Of a DNA stretch of 64,000 nucleotides, positions 1-12,786 are shown one piece after another (the first letter of the stretch is position 1; each line of letters opens with the position of its first letter). This stretch comes from the human T2T-CHM13v2.0 reference genome, Homo sapiens, in NCBI RefSeq assembly GCF_009914755.1, contig NC_060945.1; one strand, given 5' to 3'. A program made the position numbers and the translations under genes. Below the pieces are notes generated by a model. It saw only the letters and a list, made by a program, of their open reading frames with translations. It had not been told where the DNA came from and ran no database searches.

Positions 1-305
1 TCATGTTGCTGCAAAAGACATTATTTCATCCTATTTTATAGGTGTGTAGTATTCCATGGTGTATGTACGCTGCATTTTTTTAATCCAGTCTTCTGTTAAC
101 AGGCATCTAAGTTGATTCCGTGTCTTTGCTATTGTGAATAGTGTTATAATGAAAATATGCGTGCATATGTCTATGACAGAATGATTTATATTCCTTTGGG
201 TATATACCCAATAATGGGATTGCTGGGTTGAATGGTAGTTCTGTTTTAAGTTATTTCAGAAATCTCCAAACTGCTTTCCACAATGGCTGAACAAATTTAC
301 ATTCC
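1..305 (-). mobile_element. L1 (L1PA-old/L1PB-type) 3' region, left part
   Basis: Typical antisense L1 3' text (gtagtattccatggtgtat, gggattgctgggttgaatggtagttct, ctccaaactgctttccacaatggctgaac); continues at 1189 (aatttacattcc|ccaccagcagtgtataagc). Confidence 0.85.
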
Positions 306-1188
306 TGATGAAACTGGAGACTTCCCTGACTCCCCTTGGCAGGATGTGCAACAGGGGTGTGGCTTGTCTGGCCACCGTGTGTGCTGTCAAACCCCTTACT
401 GGGCAGGGGAGCATGCAGACAGGCAGGTGCAATAGGCAGGGCAAGTGGCCATGGTACTGTCTAGGGGTGGGTTCCTGCGACTCCCACAGCCCAAGTGGGC
501 ATGTGTTACAGTGCACTCTTTTAGCTTTGCCATCCACAGACGGCTTAAGTGTTAACCTGTTCAGTGCCCTCTTGGTACCCAGTTCCTTGTCCAGCATCCA
601 GAAAGAATTAAGTTGCACACAGACTTGAGGATGGTGAATGTGGGGGTTTTATTGAGTGGTGGAGGTGGCACTCAATGGGATGGATGGGGAGCTGGAAAGG
701 GGATGGAATGGGAAGATGATCTTCCCCCGGAGCTTTGCCATCCAGAGGCTGATCTCTCCAACCACTGCCAGCCAAACTCCTCTAGGCATTCAGATGCTCC
801 TTCTCTTCTTTCTGCCACATCATTCTGCAATTCTGCTCTTCTGTTCATCTCCTCATCTGCTTGCCATCCAGAGGCTGATCTCTACAACCACTGCCAGCCA
901 AACTCCTCTTGGCATTCAGATGCTCCTTCTCTTCTTTCTGCCACATCATTCTGCAATTCTGCTCTTCTGTTCATCTCCTCATCTGCTTGTCTGCTTCTGG
1001 AGCCTGGGGTCTGGGGCATATATGGGTACAGGACAGGGGGTGCATGGTGAGCTGAAAGACAACTTTTGGGTGCAAAAGCAGGAATGCCTGTTCCCATTTA
1101 GGGCCATGGGTTTCCAGGCTTGTGGGCAGGGCTTTGCCAGGGAACCACTCTCTTCTACCCAGTATTTCCCTGTCTCCTTTCTATATCA
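306..1188 (-). mobile_element. ERV1-class solo LTR (LTR1/LTR27/28-like) inserted in the L1
   Basis: TG...CA termini (tgatgaaac...ctatatca); the minus strand starts tgatatagaaaggagacagggaaatactgggtagaagag, resembling the LTR1 group; it splits a contiguous L1 motif. Subfamily uncertain. Confidence 0.7.
735..989. repeat. 126-bp tandem duplication inside the LTR
   Basis: ttgccatccagaggctgatctct...ctcctcatctgc starts at 735 and again at 861, with about 2 mismatches. Confidence 0.95.
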
Positions 1189-1845
1189 CCACCAGCAGTG
1201 TATAAGCATTCCCTTTTTTCCACAAACTCGGCACCGTCTGTTATGTTTTGATTTTTTAATAATAGCCATTCTGGCCGGTGTGATATGGTATCTCATGGTT
1301 CTGATTTTCTGATGATTAGTGATGTTGAGTATTTTTTCATACGGTTGTTTGCCATACATACGTTGTATTTTGAAAAAAGAATTCACAGACGGCTTAAGTG
1401 TTAACCCGTTCAGTGCCCTCTTGGTATCCAAGTCCTTGTCCAGCATTCAGAAAGAAGTTGCACATGGACTTGAGGATGGTGAATGTGGGGGCTCATGTTC
1501 TTTGCCTATTTGTAGTGGGTTTGTTTTTTGCTTATTGATTCTTTATACATGCTAAGTATTAGACCTTTTTCAGATATGTAATTTGAAAATATTTTCTTCT
1601 GTTCTGTAGGGTGTTCTCTGTTGATAGTTTCTTTTGCTGTGCTGAAGCTCTTTAGTTTCATTAGGTCCCACTCATCAATTCTTCTTGTTGCAATTGCTTT
1701 TGGAATCTTCATCATGAAATATTTGCCTGCGTCTATGTCCAGAATGATATTTCCTAAGTTTTCTTCTAGGGTTTATATAGTTTTGGGTCTTACATAAGTC
1801 CTTCATCCATCTTGAGTTGATTTTTTTATATGGTGAAAGGAAGGG
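1189..1845 (-). mobile_element. L1, continued (ORF2 C-terminal remnant), cut off by the satellite
   Basis: ORF-track peptides [29 protein letters not shown] and [24 protein letters not shown] are L1 ORF2-like. Confidence 0.85.
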
Positions 1846-4800
1846 AGTGTACATGCCCCTGTGATATTGTTCCTAATATCCAGGTTGGGAGAGGATATTA
1901 TACTCAATATTGCAGGAAGTGTCGACCACCCTGAATATTGCTTTTAATATCCGGGGAGAGAGGGTGATATTACTCCCAATATCATCCTCTCCCCCCACAC
2001 CCTGCATAGTACAAGCAATATCAAAGGGGGTCTGTGCAACACCTGCAATATTGGGAGTAATATCCTCCCCCAACATGGATATTAGAAACAGTATCACAAG
2101 GGGTTGTACACCACCTGTGATATTATGGAGTACTATCATTTTCTTTCCCCATGGATATGTAGAACAATATCACAAAGGTGGTGTACAACCCCTGCTATAT
2201 TGGGAGTAATACTGTACTTTCCTCACCTAGATATTAGGAACAATATCACGGGGGGTTATACACCACTGCAACATTGGGAGTAATATCATCCTTTCCCTCC
2301 CTGGATATTAGGAACAATACCTCATGGGTGTGTACACCCTGTTCCATATTGGGATTAATATTTTCTCCCTTGCTGGACATAAGGAAAAATATAACGGGGG
2401 GTATACACTCCTTATGATATTGCCAGTAATATTATAGACTCCCCAAAGGGATATTAGAAAAAGTTTCAGAGAGGGGTGTACATCCCCTGCGATATTGGGA
2501 ATAATATTCTTTCATCCCTGGATATTAGGAATAATATCACAAAGGGGTTTTATACCCCCCGTGACATTTTAATTAATATCATCTTCCCCACTGAATATTA
2601 GGAACAAATTCCCAGGGGTGGTACACCACCTGCAATATGGACAGCTATATCATTGTCTCTCCCCCGAATATAAGGAACAATATCACAAGGGGGTTGTACA
2701 ACCCCTGTGATATTGGGAGTAACTTTATACCCTTTCCACATGGATATTAGGAACAATATCACAGGGTGGGTGTACACCCACTGCGATATTGGGAGTAATA
2801 TCATCCTCCACCCCCTGGGTATTATGAACAATATCATGGGGAGGGGGTGTATGTCCTCTGTGATATTGGGAGTAATATCATCCTGTCCCCTCTGGATATT
2901 AGGAATGATATCACAGCGGGGCTGTACCTTTTCTGCACTATTGGGAGTGGTATCACCCCCTCCCCCTATGGATATTAGGAACAATATCACAAAGGGGGTG
3001 TACACATCCTGTGATATTGAGAGTAATATTGTCCACTCTTCCCTGGGATATTAGGAACAATATCACAGGCAGAGTGTACACCCCCTGCTATTTTACCTGT
3101 AATATTATTCTCATCCAACTTGGATATTAGGAATAATATAACAGGAGGGGTGTACACCACCTGTGATATTGGGAGTAATATCATTCTCTCCCCCCATGGA
3201 TATTGAGAACAATATCACAGGGGCGGTTTACACTTCCTGCGCCATTTAGAGTAATATCATCCTTTTCCCCCATGGATATTAGGAACGATATCGCATGGGA
3301 AGTGTACACGCCCGCCATATTGGGAGTAATATTTTCTCCCTTGCTGGACATTAGGAACAATATCACGGGAATGCACACACCCTGCGATATTGCCAGTAAT
3401 ATTGTAGTCTCCTCCCAGGATATTAGGAACAATATCACAAGGGGGGTGTACATGCCCTGTGATATTGGAAGTAATATCATCGACTCCCCCCACGGATATT
3501 AGTAACAACATCAGAAGGGGTGTACACCCCTTGTGATATTTATAGTACTATCATCCTATACCCCCTGGATATTAGGAACAATACAACGGAGGGGTGTATA
3601 CCCACTGTGATATTGGGAGTAATTTCATCCTCTACCCCTTGGATGTTAGGAGCAGTATCACAAGGGGGGTGTCCACCCTCTGTGATATTAAAAATAATAC
3701 CATTCTCTCCTTCTCTGGATACTAGGAATAATATCACAGTGCTGGTGTGCACCCTTTACACTATTTGGAGCAATATCACCCTCTCCCCAACTTGATATTA
3801 GAGACAATATCATGGGGGGTGGCGTGTAACACCCTGCACTGTTGGGAGTACTATCATCTATTCTTCCCCTGGATATAAGAAACAGTATCACAGAAGGGGT
3901 CTACACCTCCTGAGATTTTGGGAGTAATATCATCCTCTCCAAATCTGGATATTAAGAACAGTATAATGGGGTGTAGGGAGTAATATGGTGGGAGTAATAC
4001 AATCCTCCTCCCCACTTGATATTAGGAACAATATCGCAAAACGTGTGTACACCCACTGTGACATTTGGAGTAATATCAACATTTCCCCACCTGGTATCAC
4101 GGGGAGAGTGTACACTCCTTATGATATTGGAAGTATCATTGTCTCTCACTCTCGATATTAGGAAAAATAGCACAGGGTGTGTATACACTTCCTGTGATTT
4201 TGGGAAGAACATCATACCCTTCTGTCTTTGATATTAGGAACAATATCACAGAGGGGATGTACAACTTATGTGATATTATAATATTCTTTCTTCCCATGGA
4301 TATTAGGAATGATATCCCGGGGGGCTTGTTGTACACACCCTGTGATACGGACAGTAATATCATTGTCCTTCCCCCTACATATTAGAAACAATATCACAAG
4401 GGTGGTATACATCCCCTGGATATTAGAAACTATCACAGGGGGGCTGTACAACCTCTTTGATACTGTGAGTAATACCATTGTCTCCCCTCCTGGGTATTAA
4501 TAACAATATCATAGGGTGGGTGTACACCCCCTGCAATATTGGGAATAATATCATCCTGTCTTCCCCGGGATATTAGGAATGGTATCACAGGTGGGGTTTA
4601 CACCCCCTGCAATTTTGTCAGTAATATTACTTCTGGATGTTATTGAATATATCACAGTGGGGGTGTACACCCCCTGTGATATGGGGAGTAATAGCATCCT
4701 CTTTCCCACTGGGTACTACAAACAATATCGCAGATTGTGTACAACGTCCTGTGATATTGTTCACAATATTTAGGGAAGGAGAGGATGATATTACTCCACA

Positions 4801-5690
4801 TATCACAGGGAGTGTTACATCCCCTGTAATATTGTTCATAATATTTAGAAGACGACAGGATGATATTACTCCCAATATAGTAGGAAGTATACACTACCCT
4901 GTGATACTGTTCATAATTTTTAGGGGATTAGAGGATGATATTACTTCCAATATCACAGGGAGTGTACACTGGTGATATTGTTTATAATTTTCAGTGGATT
5001 AGAAGATATTATTCCGAATATCACAGGGTTTGTACATCCCCAAGTGATATTGTTAATATCCAGTGGGGAAGAGGATGTTATTACTCCCCATATCACGGGG
5101 GATGTAAACCCGTTTGTGGTATTGTCACTTACATCCGGGGGGTAGAGGATGATATTACTCTGCATATCATAGAGGGTGCACACGGCTGTAATGTTGTCCA
5201 TAATAACATCCAGAGGGGAAGAGAATATTATTCCCATGTTTCAGAAGGTGTACACACCCCTGGGATAGTCTCTGTAACATTTAGGGAAGAAGGGGATGAT
5301 ACTACTCCAGATATTGCAGGGGGTGTACACCCCCCTGTGATACTGTTCGTAACGTTTAGGGGGAAGAGGATGATATTACTCCCCATATCGAAGGGATTGT
5401 ACATCTCCCTATATATTGTCCATAACATCCAGGACAGGAGAGGATATTACTACTCCCCATATCACAGGAGGTGGACAACCCCCTCTAAATATGTCTAACA
5501 TCCAGGCGGGGACAGGAGGATATTTTTCCCCATAACCTAGAGAAAGTAAACCTCCTGCGATTTTGTCCATAACATCCAGTGGGGAGAGGATGATATCACT
5601 CCCCATATTGCAGGGGGTGCACACTCCACTCTGATACTGGCCGTAATATCCGGGGGGGTGAAGTATGAAGTCACTACACATATCGCAGGG
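1846..5690. repeat. SATR1/SATR2-type diverged satellite (~75-bp unit)
   Basis: Recurring ggggtgtacaccccctgtgatattgggagtaatatcatcctctcccccctggatattaggaacaatatcac; roughly 50 diverged units in three orientation blocks. Confidence 0.8.
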
Positions 5691-5996
5691 ATTATTAGTA
5701 TCAGATTGTTTGAAGGACTCACAGTAAGGGTAGTAGTAGGGCGAGTTCTAACTCAAATAGGGGAAATGTGATGGCTACTAGAAAGAATTTTATGGAGAAG
5801 GGAATGTGGGCAGAGGATAGAGGGTCAAATCTGCATTCATAAGGGCTAGACTTTTCTATATATATTTATTTTATACATATATATATATTTTTCTCTCTCT
5901 CTACATATATATATTAAGTTGTGGGAGCCAAAATGTAATAATTATTAGTAACAGGGCTAATAGGGTGTTGATTACTAGGGTTAATGTTAGGTGAAT
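5690..5996 (-). pseudogene. NUMT: 5' portion of MT-ND3 (MTND3P-type)
   Basis: Reverse complement gives ATT start, aatcaacaccctattagcc, gaaaagtctagcccttatgaatgc, cccttctccataaaattcttt, matching ND3; disrupted by an AT-microsatellite insertion. Confidence 0.92.
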
Positions 5997-6057
5997 TACT
6001 GTTTTTCGGATGCTATCAAAACTTTGGAAATCATGGTACTATTTATACTAAAAGAGT
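5997..6057 (-). pseudogene. NUMT: degenerate mitochondrial tRNA-Gly
   Basis: Reverse complement actcttttagtataaatagtacc...ttccaa..gttttgatagcatccgaaaaacagta; lies between COX3 and ND3 as in mtDNA; anticodon arm partly deleted. Confidence 0.9.
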
Positions 6058-6598
6058 AAGATCCTCATCAATAAGTAGAAACATACAAGAATAGTCATAC
6101 TACATCTACAAAGTGTCGATATCAGGCAGCGGCTTCAAAGGCAAAGTGATGACTAGATGTAAAGTGGTATTTTAATTGGCGGAGAAGGCAGACTGAGGAA
6201 TGTTGATCCAATAATGACGTGAATTCTGTGAAAGCCTGTAGCTATAAAAAATGTTGAGCCATAAATACCATCAGAAATAGCAAAGGGAGCTTTGAAATAT
6301 TCTGAGACTTGTAGGAGGGTGAAGTAAATATCTAATATAATTGTAACAGGTAGTGCTTAGATTGTATGTTTTTGATTATTTTTTGTTAGGCTGTGATGGG
6401 CTCAAGTAATTGAAACTCCTGATGCAAGTAATACAGATGGATTCAGGAGAGGTACTTCCAGGGGGTCAAGGGGAGAAATACCTGTTGGGGGTCAATGCCC
6501 TCCTAATTCTGGAGTAGGGGCTAGGCTAGAATGGTAGAATGCTCAAAAGAATCCAGCGAAGAGGAATATTTCTGAGATAATAAATAGGACTGTCCCAT
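6058..6598 (-). pseudogene. NUMT: 3' two-thirds of MT-CO3 (MTCO3P-type)
   Basis: Reverse complement in the mitochondrial code reads [46 protein letters not shown] and ends tattgatgaggatctt like COX3. Confidence 0.93.
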
Positions 6599-6705
6599 CA
6601 TTGGAAGCTCCTGCATACCATAAGCTACTAGAGGTCAGTAAACATATTTGTGTGTATCCTGGAGTACCTAGAAGACAGTCTTCCATGTAAGAAGCATTTT
6701 ACTTG

Positions 6706-6978
6706 TTGTTTTTTGAGATGGGGTTTCACTCTGTCACCCAGGCTGGAGGGCACTGGTGAGATCTTGGCTCACTCCAATCTCCATTTCCTAGGCTCAGGTG
6801 ATCCTCACACCTCAGCCATCCAAGTAGTTGAAACAATAGAGCTATGTCACCATAGACCTGTGTCACCATGCTGGGCTGAGTTTTGTAGAGATAGGGTTTT
6901 GCCTTGTTACCCAGGCTCTTCTTTAACTGTTGGGCTCAAGTGTTCTGCTCGCCTCAGCCTCTCAAAGTGCTGGGGTTA
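6706..6978 (-). mobile_element. Alu (old, AluJ-like)
   Basis: tttttgagatggggtttcactctgtcacccaggctggag...ctcaaagtgctggggttacagacatgag; heavily diverged. Confidence 0.85.
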
Positions 6979-7367
6979 CAGACATGAGACATTCAGCCTT
7001 AATAGTTGTTTAATCTGAATAAATAAACAAATGAATTTTTATATAATGGAATGTTATAAGTAATATAATAAACCTAATGTATCTAATCATTAAATATTGT
7101 ATTTAAAATATTGCTTACATTGTATTATTTTTTAATATTTAAGGGTGTATAAGTTTTGACATGATATGTTGAGAAATTATGCAATAATTAAAAAGGAAAT
7201 AAAAGAGAAATAGGTCATCGGTAGCAAAGAGGGTTACAATATATTTTCTAGTATCATTCAACTGGAATCTTAACATTGAGATTTTAGATTAACATTTCTT
7301 AAGGTTTTTATTAGACCCAACTCATGTTCCATTAAATATACCGTTTCAAGCCATACATTACTCTTTA

Positions 7368-8139
7368 TTATTATTATTATACTTTAAGTTCTAGGGTACA
7401 TGTGCACAACGTGCAGGTTTGTTAAATATGTATACATGTGCCATGTTGGTGTGCTGCACCCATTAACTCGTCATTTATATTAGGTATATCTCCTAATGCT
7501 ATTCCTCCCCTCTCCCCCCACCCCATGACAGGCCCTGGTGTGTGATGTTCCCCATCCTGTGTCCAAGTGTTCTCATTGTTCAGTTCCCACCTATGAGTGA
7601 GAACATGTGGTGTTTGGTTTTCTGTCCTTGCAACAGTTTGCTCAGAATGATGGTTTCCAGCTTCATCTATGTCCCTACAAAGGACATGAACTCATCATTT
7701 TTTATGCTGCATAGTATTCCATGGTGTGTAAGTGCCACATTTTCTTAATCCAGTCTATCATTGATGGGCATATGGGTTGGTTCCAAGTCTTTGCTATTGT
7801 GAATAGTGCCACAATAAACATACATGTGCATGTGTCTTTATAGCAGCATGATTTATAATCCTTTGCATATATATCCAGTAATGGGATGGCTGGATCAAAT
7901 GGTATTTCTAATTCTTGATCCTTGAGGAATCTCCACACTGTCTTCCACAATGGTTGAACTAGTTTACAGTCCCACCAACAGTGTAAAAGTGTTCCTATTT
8001 CTCCACATCCTCTCCAGCACCTGTTGTTTCCTGACTTTTTAATGATTGCCATTCTAACTGGTGTGAAATGATATCTCATAGTGGTTTCAATTTGCATTTC
8101 TCTGATGGCCAGTGATGATGAGCATTTTTTCATGTGTCT
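7368..8139 (-). mobile_element. 5'-truncated L1PA insertion (~770 bp) with 18-bp TSD
   Basis: L1PA 3' UTR (atactttaagttctagggtacatgtgcacaacgtgcagg) plus the ORF2 C-terminus ([25 protein letters not shown]); TSD gccatacattactcttta at 7350-7367 and 8140-8157. Confidence 0.95.
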
Positions 8140-8460
8140 GCCATACATTACTCTTTAGAATCCTGGTGACCAATTCTTTTTCTGGGTGGAAAGTTCATGG
8201 AAAGTTCCAGTTTTCTCTCTCTGTTATAATAATGTTCTTTCAGGTAATGGTAGATGACCATATTTAGCTAATTGAATGTCTTATAGTAAGAAACACTATC
8301 ACAGAAGTACTTACAAAAAACTAATTGCAGCATAAATATTAATTAGTATTATCAGAGTTATGAAAGACCGAAAGCTCTGTTATAGATCTATTTCCCCATG
8401 TACTTTATTGTACTTCATGTTTTTCGTTTTCTTTCTTGGCTTAAGCTCATATTTCATTGA

Positions 8461-8810
<350 letters not shown>

Positions 8811-8841
8811 ACATTGAGATTGATTTAAAGAAATTGATTAG

Positions 8842-9138
8842 GGCTGGGTGTGGTGGTGCACAATGCTTATCTCAACATTTTGGGAGGCAGAAGTGGAAGA
8901 TTTTCTTGAGCCCAGGAGCTTGAGACCAGCCTGGGAGGTATAATGAGGCCTTGTCTCTACAAAGATAACAATAAAAACATTAGCATGACATGATGGTATG
9001 CACCTGTAGTTCCAGCTATTCAGGAAGTTGAGGTGGGAAGATTGCTTGAGGTCAGGAGTTTGAGACCACAGTGAGCCATAATCAGGCCCCTGCATTCTAG
9101 CCCTGGGTTGACAGAGTGAGACCCAGTTTCATAAAAAG
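8842..9138 (+). mobile_element. Alu (AluJ-like)
   Basis: ggctgggtgtggtggtgcac...ttgagcccaggag...gacagagtgagaccc plus a short A tail. Confidence 0.85.
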
Positions 9139-9209
9139 AGATTGATAAGAAACTCTTGATGCAACTCATTATAATTTTAAATGGAAACTAATTCTTGATA
9201 TTACCTTAG

Positions 9210-9294
9210 CAGTGTGTCCCCCAGAAAGTGTCAGAGCCTTTACGTGGACCTTCTCATGAAAACGGAAACAGAATAGTCAATGGAAAAGGAGAAG
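9210..9294 (+). pseudogene. ANKRD20A-like exon QCVPQKVSEPLRGPSHENGNRIVNGKGE
   Basis: ccttag|cagtgtgtc...ggagaag|gtgaga. Confidence 0.88.
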
Positions 9295-9332
9295 GTGAGA
9301 ACCGTATTTTATTTAAAAAGTCATTTGATGGA

Positions 9333-9648
<316 letters not shown>

Positions 9649-10379
9649 TTAAAATATGAGCACTAATAGAGTTTAATAGCTAAAGAAAATGTCCTATTAA
9701 CTGTATCATAAGTAAAAGAGAAATGAAATGGTGATAAGTGGTGTCTCTAACCAAGGGTCAGCAGTTGATTCTATTGGAAGTACCACTAAAGGAGCTGAGT
9801 TATGAGTTCCATTTTAACATACTCTAAGACCTGAGGCAAGTCAGGAGAGAGGGAAGAAGAAATGAATAAAAGAGAAAGAAAGAATGAGGAGGGCAGAGTG
9901 TACATGGAATAAATAAAAAAAAGTGGATGTATGTAATGGAGGGTAGTAAAGTCAAATTGATCTGTAGAAGAAGGAAGAACAGGGTGTTAGAAATAGGAAG
10001 GAAGATAAAGTGAGCTTCCAGTACCAAAATGTGTCATATAATTACAGTAACATTTTCCTTCTCTTGCTGTCATTCTTGCTACTGGGGAGGCATTAAGGAT
10101 TGAGGTACTTTACCATGCAGACCTGTGTTTTATCTACCATAGATGAACATCACCGTAAATGGTCAGCCATGTATGGCTATAATTTGTTTTTATAGAAAAT
10201 GAAAAGAATAGTGTTGGGTGATTTATTGGGAAGAAATTAATTAGAGAAGCTTTGCCTGATTAAAAGTTCATTAGAAACATTATGGCTTATAACGTAGTAT
10301 TAAATTCAGGGACATAATAGGAAAGAAGTTGAGGCTAGGCCAAAAAGGCCAATTAGGGTAAACCAATATGGAAGCACAC

Positions 10380-10530
10380 CAGTGTAGAACAGGGCATTCA
10401 AATTGTCATGAATTCGTTGAGGAGCTTCTGGAAAGTGCACATTCTGACTCAGCAGGTATTGGAGTCTGCATTTCTCATGAGCACTCAGGTGATGTTTGTG
10501 CTGGTCCTTGGACACAGCTCTGAATAGCAA
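10380..10530. mobile_element. MER5-like hAT DNA transposon remnant
   Basis: attctgactcagcagg...gtctgcatttct...caggtgatg...gctggtcc...ggacacagctctgaatagca resembles MER5A. Confidence 0.55.
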
Positions 10531-12786
10531 GGGAATAGCCTTCCTTTAGAGAAATCTGGAAAAAGAACCACTGGAGAGCAATTTAAAAAATAACAGAATC
10601 CAGGGAAAGCTTTAATTTCCTTTTATTTCTGAGCATGATTCTAGCCACAAGGGAAGGAAAATGAGATGAAAAAAGAGAGATTACAGGTGTATACTACTGC
10701 TGAATACAGATGAAAAAAGTGGTCACAATCATCCATAAAAAGCAGTTAGGAAGGGAAGCATCAGGATGACAGTTCTGATAATCATTTTTTCAAAGGAAGA
10801 GGGATGGTGAATGGACACAAAAGGAGGAAAGAAAGACATTTGCTGGGGTCTTGGGAGTTAAAGCCAAGTAAACTTGAGACAACTCACTTCCAGTTGCTTC
10901 AGCATATGCCCAGTCTCACAAAAGAGGTTATTGCTGTGGAGAGTACTGGAGACAGGAGGGAGTGCTAGAGTTGGGGTAAACCACAGCAGCTCATTTCACT
11001 TGATAACTGTCAGGCCTCAGGGAGAGAAGTTTCACTGACATGAGTGAATAAGATATGATTAAGTTGCATATAGATGCTTTGGCGAAATTTTTTTGAGACA
11101 GCCAGTTCTTTGATATGATAGCTGTTTTATAAAAGTCCTTTACAGTGTAAGATAATATACCAAACTTAGTTAATTTTAGAAGTAATCATAAAATTCATTC
11201 CATGAAAACCAAAATTATCATTTTCAATAAATACTGCACTGATTTTGAAATATAAATATGTATTAATATCCAGCAAGTCTGTGGTCATTCAATGTTTTCT
11301 TTTTTGATAAATATTTTGATATCAGAAGCTTATTCGACATGGTTTATTTGATGTGTTTTATGGACCACCTTGCATGAGTGGATCAAGGAGCTCTAATTCA
11401 AGGCCAAATGAGGGGATAGGAGAAATGTAGGTGCTGCAGTAGCCCATGTGATCATGGGAAAAATGAGTACTTTGATTAGCTGTTATTTCATAAGTGTGTA
11501 TCCTAGCTGATCAATGTAGAACCCTTTCTTTGATGAGAGGTGAATCCCACATTCACCTGAACTGTCATCCCAACTGAGTATTTCCTCAGTGACAAGACAA
11601 GGGGAATTTATTTGTGCTGTGCTGGCAGCAATGCCTCTGGTGTGTGGAGCTTTACCTATTAAAGTGTCAGTTTCTGTTTTAACTTCAGAGGCTTGCTGCT
11701 AGTGTTATTACACTGATGATCTGAAGCTTATCAGATGTTCTAATGAGCAAGACTGTGTGTGTAGGTGTATATATAGATGTGTGTATGCGTGCGCTTGTGG
11801 CATCTTTCACTATTACAAATGACGAAAGTAATGATTCATTTATGACTGGTAGACACAGTCTCTTAAAATGGTGATTTTGAGCCTTTTTAGTGTTAAAGTT
11901 TTTAAAACATGATTGCATAGAGGCTACCAACATCATAAGTTGGTTGTTTTTCATTTCAATGCCCTTTTGAAATCTTTAACTACATTGTGATGCCCAGAAA
12001 TAATATGCAGAATTTTTTGTGTCCTAAAATAGTATGTGAGTGGTTATATACTTTATATATCTTTCTACCACTTTCTTTGGTGTGTTTTGTATTATATTTT
12101 CCACTTGTACCCACATTGGTGTGATTATCTCTGGTTTAATTCATTTTACACTGTTCATTGTATTCCCTCATACCACTTTACCACATTTAGTTAGACTCTC
12201 CTGTTGCTGATAAATGAAGAAATAAAAAGAAAAATAATGTCAGTTTAAGAGGGCTTTTCTTTAATCAGTTTGTATCTATTAGCATTTACTATATGAGAGT
12301 TTAAACCTGAAAAGTTCAGAATACAAGCATGCACCACCATATTTTATTAATGCCCTTAGAACTATGACTCATGAGACTTTAGCCTATGAAGTTAGGACAA
12401 TTCATTTCTCTGAAGAAGAATGCTGGGCTGTTCTCAGAAAAGAAAACTGAAAATAGCAAATGATATTGTCTTATTTTACCTCTTGGACATCCTTGAATGA
12501 AACTGCTACTAAAGGGATACTCGGATCAAAATTCAGATCTAATGTTTTGAACAGTATAGTTTGTGAATGTCCAGTGATCATGAGCCCTTGATGGGGAAAT
12601 GACCTTTCGAGTTTCACTTTTGCATTTTTTGCTCTTTTCGTTGACTTGTCTTGAAAGCTTAAATTCAACTATTTTATTTTTACAGAAATCAGGAATATAA
12701 CTTTTAAAATATATGTCTGTCCTGTCTCACGGTGTTGTGTACTCTTCAGATCTTGTATGAACATAGACTTATATGGGAACAATTAG

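Noticed and set aside
300-1195. TSD around the solo LTR
   Set aside because: The flanks (attcc / ccacc) show no convincing 4-6 bp duplication, so none is claimed.
613-1312. 145-aa and 218-aa ORFs with an internal repeat
   Set aside because: They lie within the solo LTR; the repeat is the 126-bp duplication (a multiple of 3).
1873-5722. Dense cluster of ORFs on both strands (up to 187 aa)
   Set aside because: Translations of satellite monomers with repetitive VILFLIS/DIRNNIT motifs; no gene structure.
5997-6057. Functional tRNA-Gly gene
   Set aside because: Mitochondrial-type sequence inside a NUMT with a damaged anticodon arm.
7702-8148. 148-aa ORF with a Cys/His motif
   Set aside because: C-terminus of L1 ORF2 in a 5'-truncated copy without a promoter.
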